64,000 bases of DNA, taken from an uncultured Bacilli bacterium. GTDB taxonomy: Bacteria; Bacillota_I; Bacilli_A; RF39; UBA660. A program made the position numbers and the translations under genes. The DNA is taken from contig CALVUP010000002.1 in NCBI GenBank assembly GCA_944363635.1, forward strand, positions 21,974 through 85,973, in the 5' to 3' direction. Positions 50,064 through 59,517 of the stretch are shown here, piece by piece (positions within the stretch are counted from its first letter, which is position 1; the number at the start of each line of letters is the position of its first letter). The notes under the pieces are model-generated. The model was not told the origin of the DNA. It saw nothing but the letters and a program-made list of their open reading frames with translations, and made no database searches.

Positions 50064-50924
50064 ATGGGTGATACTATGCTAGTAAACAGTAAAGATATGT
50101 TATTAGATGCAAAAAAAAATAAATATGCAGTTCCACATTTTAATATTAATAATTTGGAGTGGACAAGGTTTATATTAGAAGAATGTCAGCGTTTAAATAC
50201 CCCTGTTATTCTAGGTGTAAGTGAAGGTGCTTTAAAATACATGGGTGGTGCTAAAACGATAGTGGGCATGGTAAAAGGACTTATTGATGAACTTTTTATA
50301 ACGATTCCAGTATGTCTTCATATCGATCATGGACAAACGTTTGAAACTTGTAAAAGAGCAATTGATGCAGGATTTACTTCAGTGATGATTGATGGCTCTA
50401 AATATTCTTTGGATGAAAATATTAAAGAAACACAAAAAGTTGTAGAATATGCTCATGCTAGGAATGTAACGGTAGAAGCTGAGTTGGGCCTTATTGGAGG
50501 AGAAGAAGATGGCGTAGCCAATAAGTTGGCATTTACCAATTTAAAAGATTGTCAGTATTTTTTAGAAAGAGTTGATGTAGATTCACTTGCACCAGCTTTA
50601 GGAAGTGTTCATGGTCTATACAAAGGCGAACCAAATTTGGATTATGAAACAATGAAAGAAATTAATGACAATATTGCAGTACCATTAGTTTTACATGGTG
50701 GAAGTGGTCTTGATAATGAAAAAATTACAAAGGCTATTGCCTGTGGAATTAGTAAAATTAATATAAATACAGATTTACAAATTGCTTGGAGCAATGCTGT
50801 AAGAGAATTTTTAGATAATGATAAGCAAGTTTATGACCCAAGAAAAGTAATAAAAAGTGGTGAACAAGCCATGAAGAAGGTTATTGAGGAAAAAGTAAAT
50901 ATATTTTCAAACAAGAATAGGTAA
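50064..50924 (+). CDS. fba: class II fructose-bisphosphate aldolase
   Basis: HxDHG and HGGSG zinc-aldolase motifs. True start may be ML at 50076. Confidence 0.8.
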   Translation: MGDTMLVNSKDMLLDAKKNKYAVPHFNINNLEWTRFILEECQRLNTPVILGVSEGALKYMGGAKTIVGMVKGLIDELFITIPVCLHIDHGQTFETCKRAIDAGFTSVMIDGSKYSLDENIKETQKVVEYAHARNVTVEAELGLIGGEEDGVANKLAFTNLKDCQYFLERVDVDSLAPALGSVHGLYKGEPNLDYETMKEINDNIAVPLVLHGGSGLDNEKITKAIACGISKININTDLQIAWSNAVREFLDNDKQVYDPRKVIKSGEQAMKKVIEEKVNIFSNKNR

Positions 50925-50975
50925 CCAACCCAGAAAAAAGAAATAAAATATAGTAACGAATCATGGAGGTATCAC

Positions 50976-52229
50976 ATGAAAGTATTAGAAATCAAAGGAA
51001 ATAAAGAATTAAGTGGAACCATTCGGATTAGTGGAGCAAAAAATAGTGCTGTTGCTTTAATTCCAGCGGCCATTTTATCGGATGAACAGGTTACAATTTA
51101 TAATGTTCCAAATATTACAGATATAGATGCGCTTAGTGAAATTTTAGAATATTTAGGATCTGCTGTTACTAGAGAACAGGAAACAATAAAAATTGATCCT
51201 TCGCATATAAAAAACAGAACAATATCAGAAGAACATTCTACAAAATTAAGAGCTTCGTATTATTTTTTAGGCGCTTTACTTAGTAAATATAAAAAAGCAG
51301 AAATGTATTTTCCCGGTGGTTGTTCTATTGGTGCTCGACCAATTAATTTGCATTTAAAGGGATTTGAAGCGTTAGGGGCCAAAGTAACCGCCAATAAAAA
51401 TTGTTATAGAATCGAAGCTCAGGAATTAAAAGGAGCAAGGATTTATTTAGATATTGCTTCTGTTGGAGCAACCATCAATATTATGTTAGCTGCTACCAAA
51501 GCCCAAGGCAAAACAGTTATTGATAATGCTGCAAAAGAACCAGAAATTGTAAATGTAGCCACCTTCCTTAATAATATGGGGGCAAAAATCAGTGGCGCTG
51601 GTACATCAACAATTACTATTATAGGAGTAGAAAAATTGCATGGTTGTTTTCATGAAGTGATTCCAGACCGAATTGAGGCAGGTACATATATTTTAGCGGG
51701 TGCTTTATGTGGGAATAGGTTGCGTATTGAAAATATTATCCCTAAGCATTTAGAAGCTTTAACATCAAAATTAAAAGATATGCATGTGCCATTTGAAATT
51801 GGTACAGATTATATAGTTGTTTCAAAACAAAAAACCTATCAACCAACTAAGATTAAAACCTTAATATATCCAGGCTTTCCTACAGATCTTCAACAGCCGT
51901 TTACTGTTTTAATGACACAAGCAAATGGCAAATCTACGGTTGAAGAAACAATATGGGAAAATAGATTTATGCATGTTCCTTACTTAAATAAAATGGGAAG
52001 TAAAATAAAAGTAAAAGATGAGATTGCAACCATTTATGGACCTACACCACTAACCGGTAAAAAAGTCAAGGCTACTGATTTACGAGCAGGAGCAGCTATG
52101 GTACTTGCGGGATTACTTGCGAAAGGGACAACGACAATAGAAAATGTAGATCATATTTTAAGAGGATATGAAAATATTGTAAATAAACTTCAAAATGTTG
52201 GTGCTAATATTGAATTAAAAGAAATATAA
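50976..52229 (+). CDS. murA: UDP-N-acetylglucosamine 1-carboxyvinyltransferase
   Basis: EPSP-synthase fold with catalytic Cys loop (PGGCSIGARP). Confidence 0.9.
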   Translation: MKVLEIKGNKELSGTIRISGAKNSAVALIPAAILSDEQVTIYNVPNITDIDALSEILEYLGSAVTREQETIKIDPSHIKNRTISEEHSTKLRASYYFLGALLSKYKKAEMYFPGGCSIGARPINLHLKGFEALGAKVTANKNCYRIEAQELKGARIYLDIASVGATINIMLAATKAQGKTVIDNAAKEPEIVNVATFLNNMGAKISGAGTSTITIIGVEKLHGCFHEVIPDRIEAGTYILAGALCGNRLRIENIIPKHLEALTSKLKDMHVPFEIGTDYIVVSKQKTYQPTKIKTLIYPGFPTDLQQPFTVLMTQANGKSTVEETIWENRFMHVPYLNKMGSKIKVKDEIATIYGPTPLTGKKVKATDLRAGAAMVLAGLLAKGTTTIENVDHILRGYENIVNKLQNVGANIELKEI

Positions 52230-52249
52230 TTTACTATATTTCTTTTTTT
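52217..52249 (+). terminator. rho-independent terminator at the murA 3' end
   Basis: GAAATATA/TATATTTC stem flanked by A4 and a T7 run. Confidence 0.55.
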
Positions 52250-52261
52250 ATTGGAGGCATC

Positions 52262-53020
52262 ATGAAAAAAATAATTATACCACTACTTATAACGATATTT
52301 ATTGTTTTTGGTATTTACAATTTTTATAACGAAGATAAGTTAAACTATGTAGCTTTGGGCGATTCTCTTGCTCAAGGAGAAAATCCTTATGGAGAGATCG
52401 GATATGGTTATGCGGATTATATTAAAGAATACCTAAGTGGAAAAGATAAATTAAAAAGTTATACAAAAGGTTATGCAAAAAGCGGGGATACAACAGAGGA
52501 TTTAATAGATAAAATCAAAAACAATGTCAAAGCAGAAATTGATAATGAACAAATTGGCATCAAAAGAGCGTTAAGAGAATCCGATCTAGTAACAATATCC
52601 ATTGGAGCAAATGATTTAATTCAAAATATGCATTTTAAAAACATTCAATCTTTAGATACAATTGATTACACGGAGATTGAAAAAAACATTGATAAAGTAA
52701 CAGAAAATGTGGATAAAGCAATTACGGAAATAAAAAAGTATGCGAAAAAAGAGATTTTATTAATTGGATATTATAATCCAATTAACAAAAAAATTGTGGA
52801 CAACGAAAAAATGAAAGCTTTAATCGATAAAATCGATGCATTATACACAGATATTTGTGCAAAACAAGAAATTGTTTATATTAAAATTTCGGATGTATTT
52901 GTGCAAAACGATCAATTCTTACCAAATCCTTTCAATATTCACCCTAATTATAAAGGTTATCAAGCAATTTCCACAAAAATTATTAATTATTTAGAAAAAA
53001 ACAATAAAAAACTTGCATGA
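52262..53020 (+). CDS. SGNH/GDSL-family hydrolase with N-terminal anchor
   Basis: GDSL block VALGDSLAQG, GAND block. Confidence 0.65.
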   Translation: MKKIIIPLLITIFIVFGIYNFYNEDKLNYVALGDSLAQGENPYGEIGYGYADYIKEYLSGKDKLKSYTKGYAKSGDTTEDLIDKIKNNVKAEIDNEQIGIKRALRESDLVTISIGANDLIQNMHFKNIQSLDTIDYTEIEKNIDKVTENVDKAITEIKKYAKKEILLIGYYNPINKKIVDNEKMKALIDKIDALYTDICAKQEIVYIKISDVFVQNDQFLPNPFNIHPNYKGYQAISTKIINYLEKNNKKLA

Positions 53021-53098
53021 AAATAAAATTATTGATATAATAATTTCGCATTTAATTACTATGATTAATATTTAATCATGGCGGAAGGAGAGATAAGT

Positions 53099-53311
53099 AT
53101 GAAAAAAGGAATACATCCTGAATATAAAGAAGTAACAGTTACTTGTGCTTGTGGGGAAACCTTTAAAACCATGAGTACAAAGGATCATAATGTTGAAGTT
53201 TGTAGTAAATGTCATCCAGCTTATACTGGCAAACAAATTAGAACATCAAGTGATGGAGCTGTTGCTAAATTTAATAAAAAATATGGATTTACTGAAAATA
53301 AAGCTGCTTAG
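53099..53311 (+). CDS. rpmE: 50S ribosomal protein L31 (zinc-binding type)
   Basis: MKKGIHPEY..., CxCG...CxxCH cysteines; GGAAGGAGAG RBS. Confidence 0.9.
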   Translation: MKKGIHPEYKEVTVTCACGETFKTMSTKDHNVEVCSKCHPAYTGKQIRTSSDGAVAKFNKKYGFTENKAA

Positions 53312-53396
53312 GCTTTATTTTTTTGTAATTTTTGTGAAAGGTATAGAATAAAAAAAGAAATTCATGTAAAATAATAATAGAAAGTAAGGTGGTAAC

Positions 53397-53831
53397 ATGA
53401 AAATAGGAATAACCAATGATCATGCTGGTGTGAGTATGAAAAACAAATTATGTAAATATTTATTAAAAAAAGGATACGAAGTATATAACTATGGTACAAA
53501 TACCAAAGACTCAGTCGATTATCCAGATATGGCTAAAAAATTAACAGATGCTATACTTGATAAAACGGTAGATACAGGAATTGCTATATGTAATACAGGT
53601 ATTGGTATTTGTATGGCTTGTAATCGTGTAAAAGGAATCAGGTGTGCTAAAGTAAGCGATATAAATGAGGCCAAACTTACAAGAATTGATAACGATGCCA
53701 ACATTTTAGCATTATCTGCTCATACACCATTATATCGAGCAAAAGATATCTTGGACGTTTTTTTAACAACCCCATTTTCTAATATGGAAAGACATCAAAG
53801 AAGAATAGAAAAATTAGATAAATTAAAATAA
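53397..53831 (+). CDS. rpiB: ribose-5-phosphate isomerase B
   Basis: RpiB/LacAB family, 144 aa. Confidence 0.8.
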   Translation: MKIGITNDHAGVSMKNKLCKYLLKKGYEVYNYGTNTKDSVDYPDMAKKLTDAILDKTVDTGIAICNTGIGICMACNRVKGIRCAKVSDINEAKLTRIDNDANILALSAHTPLYRAKDILDVFLTTPFSNMERHQRRIEKLDKLK

Positions 53832-54022
53832 TGTCTGTAAAATTTTTTATTTATTTATTTTCTACTATATTAGTATTATGGGCTGTTGATTCGATCAATA
53901 TCAATCAAATATTTAAAAAAAATAAAATTTATCAAGCACGTGCATTTTATTTTTGTATAACTGTATCTTTAATTTATTTGGTTACTAATTTTATATATGA
54001 TTTTTTTATGTCATATCATTAG
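53831..54022 (+). CDS. possible small membrane protein
   Basis: 63 aa, two hydrophobic segments, start overlaps the rpiB stop. No homology assessable. Confidence 0.25.
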   Translation: MSVKFFIYLFSTILVLWAVDSININQIFKKNKIYQARAFYFCITVSLIYLVTNFIYDFFMSYH

Positions 54023-54086
54023 TAACTTTTTTATTTTCTATGTATATTTTTTTATAATGGAACCAAACTGATAATGAGGTGAAATT

Positions 54087-54713
54087 ATGAAGAAAAATTT
54101 AAAGTTAAGACCATTTGTATTACCAACAATCTATGCATTATCAGTCATAACATTGATTATAAGTATTTATTATGCAGCCAATACATTAAAAACTTCAGAA
54201 GATGAATATTATACTTATGTTACAAGTTCAATTATGGATACAGATATTCCAGTAATCGCAACTGATATTAAATTAATAAGACCCTACACCAATACAGAAG
54301 TGACAATAGGAAAAAGTTATTATGATTACAAAGCAGAAAAAGAAGAACAAGAAAATTCCATAACTTATTATGAAAATACGTATATGCAAAATGCTGGAGT
54401 TGATTACGTCTTAAAAGATACTTTTGAAGTCGTTAGTATTTTAGATGGAACCGTTATTGATGTAAAAGAAGATGATATTGTTGGAAAAACGATTACAATT
54501 AAACATGACGATAAAATAGTGAGTGTTTATCAAAGTTTATCGGAAGTAAACGTAAAGAAAGATGATCAAGTCACACAAGGTCAAATTATTGGAAAAAGTG
54601 GAACCAATAAATTAGAAAAAGATTTAGGAAACCACTTATATTTTGAATTATCTATAGATGGATCCGTAGTAAATCCTGAAGATTATTACGATAAAAAAGT
54701 AAATGAAATTTAG
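54087..54713 (+). CDS. membrane-anchored M23/LytM-domain protein (SpoIIQ-like by context)
   Basis: N-terminal TM plus C-terminal LytM-like domain. Sits directly upstream of spoIIID-mbl, the position of spoIIQ in clostridial genomes. Confidence 0.45.
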   Translation: MKKNLKLRPFVLPTIYALSVITLIISIYYAANTLKTSEDEYYTYVTSSIMDTDIPVIATDIKLIRPYTNTEVTIGKSYYDYKAEKEEQENSITYYENTYMQNAGVDYVLKDTFEVVSILDGTVIDVKEDDIVGKTITIKHDDKIVSVYQSLSEVNVKKDDQVTQGQIIGKSGTNKLEKDLGNHLYFELSIDGSVVNPEDYYDKKVNEI

Positions 54714-54733
54714 GCAATTATGCCTTTTTTTTA
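54712..54733 (+). terminator. rho-independent terminator
   Basis: AGGCA/TGCCT stem, ATTA loop, T8 run. Confidence 0.55.
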
Positions 54734-54823
54734 TTATAGAAAGTATAGAATGAATAATTTTAATCACTTATTTTCATAAAAAATACATTTCTTATATATA
54801 ATTCATTAGAAAGAGGGAATAAT

Positions 54824-55084
54824 ATGTATGAAAGTATTAAAGATAGAGTGATTGAAGTAGCCAATTATATGCTGAAAAGCAAACAAACGATTCGAGAAAT
54901 TGCTAAAAAGTTTCATATAAGTAAAAGTACGATTCATAAGGATATATCCTATCGGCTTAGATTTATCGATTATTCTTTATATGAAGAAGTAAGTAAAGTT
55001 GTTAAAGAACACAAAGATATAAGGCATATAAGAGGAGGCGAATCGACAAGAATTAAATATTTACAAAAAAGAAAAGGAAGGTAA
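54824..55084 (+). CDS. spoIIID: sporulation transcriptional regulator SpoIIID
   Basis: 86 aa. VIEVANYML..KQTIREIAKKFHISKSTIHKD and IRHIRGGESTRIKY align with B. subtilis SpoIIID; mbl immediately downstream as in B. subtilis. Confidence 0.85.
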   Translation: MYESIKDRVIEVANYMLKSKQTIREIAKKFHISKSTIHKDISYRLRFIDYSLYEEVSKVVKEHKDIRHIRGGESTRIKYLQKRKGR

Positions 55085-55089
55085 AAAAC

Positions 55090-56079
55090 ATGGCAAAAGA
55101 TATAGGAATCGATCTAGGAACTGCAAATATATTGATCTATTTAAAAGGAGAAGGCATTGTTTTAAATGAACCAAGTGTTGTGGCATTGGATGTTGAAAAC
55201 AATCGAATTCTAGCTGTAGGAAAAGAAGCAAATGCAATGTTAGGGAGAACACCAGGTAAAGTGAAAACCATCCGACCTATTAAAGATGGAGTTATTGCAG
55301 ATTTTGAGGTTACGCAAGCAATGTTAAATGAATTTATAAAAAAAATTAGTGGAAAAAAGGGACTAATACGACCAAAAATATTAATTTGTTGTCCTTCCAA
55401 TATTACACAAGTCGAAAAAAATGCGATCAAAGAGGCTGCTGAATGTACAGGAGCTAAAAAAGTATTTTTAGAAGAGGAACCAAAGGTTGCTGCCATTGGA
55501 ACGGGTATGGATATCAATACACCAAGTGCAAATATGATTGTAGATATCGGAGGAGGAACAACCGATATTGCAGTATTATCTATAGGAGGAATTGTTACTT
55601 CTTTATCAATAAAAACAGCTGGAAATACATTGGACCGAGATATTAAAAAATATATTAAACAAAAATATAAACTATTAATAGGAGATAAAACTGCAGAAAA
55701 TATAAAAATAAAAATAGGCTCTGTGCATAAACCAGATCAATCCGAACGTATGGAAGTAAAAGGCAGAAATCTAATGAGTGGACTTCCAAATACAATTGAA
55801 ATTACTTCAGAAGAAGTAGAAGAAGCAATTCGAGATAGTATCTTAGAGTTAGTAAAAGCAATCAAATCAGTCTTAGAAATCACTCCACCAGAATTATCTG
55901 CTGATATTGTGGATAAAGGATTGGTATTAACAGGCGGTGGAGCTTTAATTAATGGATTACCAGAATTGTTAGAAAAAGAGTTAAAAATACCTGTAGTTAT
56001 TGCTGAATCCCCTCTTACGAGTGTTGCTGATGGTACGGGTGTTTTATTAAATCATTTAGACTGGCTATCTTCAGAATAA
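55090..56079 (+). CDS. mbl: MreB/Mbl actin-like cell-shape protein
   Basis: MAKDIGIDLGTANILIY, 329 aa actin fold. Confidence 0.9.
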   Translation: MAKDIGIDLGTANILIYLKGEGIVLNEPSVVALDVENNRILAVGKEANAMLGRTPGKVKTIRPIKDGVIADFEVTQAMLNEFIKKISGKKGLIRPKILICCPSNITQVEKNAIKEAAECTGAKKVFLEEEPKVAAIGTGMDINTPSANMIVDIGGGTTDIAVLSIGGIVTSLSIKTAGNTLDRDIKKYIKQKYKLLIGDKTAENIKIKIGSVHKPDQSERMEVKGRNLMSGLPNTIEITSEEVEEAIRDSILELVKAIKSVLEITPPELSADIVDKGLVLTGGGALINGLPELLEKELKIPVVIAESPLTSVADGTGVLLNHLDWLSSE

Positions 56080-56140
56080 GATAAAAATTTGGCTATTTTC
56101 TATATTTTTGCTATAATCAATATAGAAAGAAGGATTTTTT

Positions 56141-57217
56141 ATGATTTCTAAAGAAGTAATTGCAATGGGAGTCATTGTACTTGTAACTATGATTTTTAGC
56201 GCATGTATTATGCCATTTATGAAAAAAATTGCTCATCATATTGGAGCAATTGATTATCCTAGTAAAAAAGAAGGAAATAGACATATTCATCAAAAAGCAA
56301 CACCAAAATTAGGAGGCGTTGGTATTTTCCTAGCTTTTCTTTTTGGATATATGTTATTTGGGCATCATAGTATAAAAATGAATGCTATCTTAATAGGAAG
56401 TTTTATTATTGTATTAACAGGAATTATTGATGATATTAAACCGATTAAAGCATCTCAAAAATTAATTGGACAAGTTATAGCTGCTTTAATTATTGCATGC
56501 TACGGTAAAATATTATTACAAAACATATCGGCTTTTGGTTATGTAATTGATTTTGGAATATTTGCTTATCCCATTACAGTGATTTTTATTGTTGCTTGTG
56601 TCAATATCATTAATTTAATTGATGGGATTGATGGTTTAAGTGGAGGAATTTCTAGTATTTTTTATTTAACCGTTGGGATTATTTCTTTATCGCAGGCGCG
56701 CTATGGATCTTTAGAAATCCTACTTGCATTCATTATGTTAGGAGCAACACTTGGATTCTTAATTCATAATTTTAATCCAGCTTCTATATTCGCAGGAGAC
56801 TGCTCGATGTTTATGGGATTTTTAATTGCTGTTATTACTCTATTAGGATTTAAAGCCACTGCATTAACTTCATTTTTCATTCCTATTATTATATTAATCA
56901 TTCCAATATTAGATACTTGCTTTGCGATTATAAGAAGAAAACTAAAAGGAAAACCAATCTTTTCCGCAGATAAAGATCATATTCATCATCAATTAATTAA
57001 AATGAATTTATCTCAAAAAACAACAGTATTAATTATTTATTTTGTTGATCTTTTATTTGCTATTGCGACACTGATTTATGCATTAAAAGATCCAAAGATC
57101 GGAATGCTGATCTATATTGTGTTATTTGTAATTATATTAATCTTTGTTTGTAATACAAATATTATTTCTGATAAACTACCTAAAAAATTAAAGAAAATTA
57201 CGAAAACAAAAAAGTAA
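56141..57217 (+). CDS. MraY/WecA-family polyprenol-phosphate sugar-1-phosphate transferase (TagO-like)
   Basis: 10-11 TM, NIINLIDGIDGL motif. Confidence 0.65.
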   Translation: MISKEVIAMGVIVLVTMIFSACIMPFMKKIAHHIGAIDYPSKKEGNRHIHQKATPKLGGVGIFLAFLFGYMLFGHHSIKMNAILIGSFIIVLTGIIDDIKPIKASQKLIGQVIAALIIACYGKILLQNISAFGYVIDFGIFAYPITVIFIVACVNIINLIDGIDGLSGGISSIFYLTVGIISLSQARYGSLEILLAFIMLGATLGFLIHNFNPASIFAGDCSMFMGFLIAVITLLGFKATALTSFFIPIIILIIPILDTCFAIIRRKLKGKPIFSADKDHIHHQLIKMNLSQKTTVLIIYFVDLLFAIATLIYALKDPKIGMLIYIVLFVIILIFVCNTNIISDKLPKKLKKITKTKK

Positions 57218-57297
57218 TTTTTTTTATGAATAATAAATGGAAAATTATTCCAATTATGATAAAATAATATATATATAAAAGATAGAGGGGATGATAT

Positions 57298-58029
57298 ATG
57301 TTAAATTTTATAATTGGTGAAGATAACACAAAATTTTCTGCACGCACCAAACAAATCATTGAAAATTTTATGATGAATTATGATATTGAATATCATATGG
57401 ATTGCTTTCCAAATTATGGGAAGGATTTTAAAAAGGCGGCCAAAGCAGAAAGTGGATTTAAAATATATTTTCTTGATATCAAAACAGATGAAGGTTCAGG
57501 ACTTGATGCAGCTCGAATGATTCGAGAAGAACTAGATGATTGGGTATCCATTATTGTTATTATTACTTCTTATACAGAGTATAAATATGAAGCGTTAGGA
57601 AATAGATTATATTTATTAGATTTTATATCTAAGTTTGATGATTGCGAGAAAAGAATTAAAGAATGCTTAGAAATCGCTTTAAAAAATTATGATAATAGAC
57701 ATAAATCTTTAAGCTTTTCTTATAATCATATCATAAAGAAAATTGAATATAGAAACATTGTCTATATTGAAAAAGAGCAAGAGAGTAAAAGATGTATTAT
57801 CAACACAACCTATGGAGATCATTTTATAAACGATACATTAAATAATGTTTATGCAAAATTAGATAAACGCTTTATCAAAGTAAATCGAAGTTTAATTGTA
57901 AATTCTGATTTTATTAGAGAATATGATGTAAAAAATAATAAGATCATATTTTCAAATGGAACCTATACACATTTAATATCAAAAACAGGTAGAAAGGAAT
58001 TAATGAAGTATGTTGGAAGTAGTAATTAA
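57298..58029 (+). CDS. LytTR-family response regulator (AgrA/ComE-like)
   Basis: Receiver-like N-domain (FLDIKTDEGSGLDAARMI) plus C-terminal LytTR DNA-binding domain; 243 aa. Confidence 0.75.
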   Translation: MLNFIIGEDNTKFSARTKQIIENFMMNYDIEYHMDCFPNYGKDFKKAAKAESGFKIYFLDIKTDEGSGLDAARMIREELDDWVSIIVIITSYTEYKYEALGNRLYLLDFISKFDDCEKRIKECLEIALKNYDNRHKSLSFSYNHIIKKIEYRNIVYIEKEQESKRCIINTTYGDHFINDTLNNVYAKLDKRFIKVNRSLIVNSDFIREYDVKNNKIIFSNGTYTHLISKTGRKELMKYVGSSN

Positions 58030-59299
58030 ATTTTTATGTAGTTTAATTGGTTCTGTAGCCGGTATTCTAATAATCGAAAATATTTCTAAAATAAAATTTA
58101 AACTCAATTTAAAAAACATAATATTATTAATACTTTTATCAGTAATTACAACATTACAATTTAAAACAGAATATACTATAACCATATCTTTAACTGTATA
58201 TATACTTATAATAATGATATATAAATGGTTATTTAATATGAGTTATAAAAAATCTGTATTATTGGGTGGAGTAGTATTAATAATTACTTCGATGTCCGAT
58301 TTAATGTGGGCAATAATATTAAAACAATTTTTTACTAACGATCAATTAAGAGAACCAACTATTTTATTTTTAATGTTTAATATGTTAGTATATTCAAGCG
58401 CATATTTTTTATCTCATGTGTTTAATTATAAACGATTTCTAACAAAATTTATTGCCAAAACAGATAATAGTAAAATATATAGTCAGTTTATTTTTATAAT
58501 TTTAACAGTGGTTGTTTCGTGTTTAATAATATATGATATTACATCTCTTAAGATTATTGGAATGGAACAATATATAATTACATTATCTACTTTTGTTTTA
58601 ATGTTAATCCTGGTTTTGATTTATATTAAATCAAAAAACGATAATGATAAGTTACAAGAACAATTCGATTATTTATATAATTATTCTAAGAATTATGAGG
58701 ATTGGATTACCAAAGAACAATTAAATATTCATGAAAACAAAAATCAATTGATTGTATTACGCGATATGGTTAAAAAGAATGAAAAAGCGGTAAACTACAT
58801 TAATGAGATCTTGGAAGAAGATTTTGTTATAGAAGATAAATGGATTGGACAATTATCCAATATTCCAAAGGGTGGGTTAAAAGGATTATTATATTATAAA
58901 TTAATTACGATAGAAAAAGACAATCTAAACTTTTGTGTAGATATTAGTAAAAATGTTAAAACAAAGTTAAAAAAATTACAGAAAGATCAATTAAAAGATA
59001 TTAGTCATATCATTGGTATATTTATAGACAATGCGATAGAAGCTTCTGTAAATTCTAAGAAGAAAATGTTCTCTTTAGAGATTTATTGCATAAAAAAAGA
59101 ATTGAATATAGTAATTACCAATTCATTTGATGGCCAAATTGAACTTAATAAAATTAATAATAATGGATATTCTACCAAAGGAAAAGACCGTGGTAAAGGA
59201 TTGTATTTTGTCTCTAAAATAAAAGAGAAAAATCCAAATATACTTACGGAAGCACATATTATTAATAATTATTTTGTACAGAAAATTATTATAAAATAA
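58010..59299 (+). CDS. AgrC-type (HPK10) membrane sensor histidine kinase
   Basis: Six N-terminal TM helices; C-terminal GHKL ATPase with N-box FIDNAIEAS and G-box GKDRGKGLY; 429 aa; 20-nt overlap with the upstream RR gene. Confidence 0.75.
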   Translation: MLEVVIKFLCSLIGSVAGILIIENISKIKFKLNLKNIILLILLSVITTLQFKTEYTITISLTVYILIIMIYKWLFNMSYKKSVLLGGVVLIITSMSDLMWAIILKQFFTNDQLREPTILFLMFNMLVYSSAYFLSHVFNYKRFLTKFIAKTDNSKIYSQFIFIILTVVVSCLIIYDITSLKIIGMEQYIITLSTFVLMLILVLIYIKSKNDNDKLQEQFDYLYNYSKNYEDWITKEQLNIHENKNQLIVLRDMVKKNEKAVNYINEILEEDFVIEDKWIGQLSNIPKGGLKGLLYYKLITIEKDNLNFCVDISKNVKTKLKKLQKDQLKDISHIIGIFIDNAIEASVNSKKKMFSLEIYCIKKELNIVITNSFDGQIELNKINNNGYSTKGKDRGKGLYFVSKIKEKNPNILTEAHIINNYFVQKIIIK

Positions 59300-59303
59300 A
59301 AAT

Positions 59304-59337
59304 AAAACTCCTATCATCTTTGAGTTTTATTTTTTTT
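59304..59337. terminator. bidirectional terminator between the kinase gene and agrD
   Basis: AAAACTC/GAGTTTT stem followed by T-run; A-run on the other side serves the convergent agrD transcript. Confidence 0.55.
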
Positions 59338-59342
59338 ATAAT

Positions 59343-59459
59343 TTATTTGAAATAAGATGGCGCTTTGGGTTCATCAATAAAGAACCAAATACATCCCATA
59401 CTTGCTGCGGAAGTGGCTAACATCGCAACTGCAGCTAATACTTTTGCTACTTTTTTCAC
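59343..59459 (-). CDS. agrD: AgrD-like autoinducing-peptide precursor (38 aa, GTG start)
   Basis: Minus-strand ORF MKKVAKVLAAVAMLATSAASMGCIWFFIDEPKAPSYFK. Perfect RBS GGAGG 7 nt upstream of GTG. Amphipathic leader, Cys-containing core CIWFF, acidic/Pro recognition tail IDEPKAP. Lies 58 bp downstream of agrB; too short for the ORF track. Confidence 0.8.
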   Translation of the reverse strand: MKKVAKVLAAVAMLATSAASMGCIWFFIDEPKAPSYFK

Positions 59460-59517
59460 TTTACTACCTCCTACTACTATATTTATCTAAATTTATAAAA
59501 ATAAATTAGATACAAAA

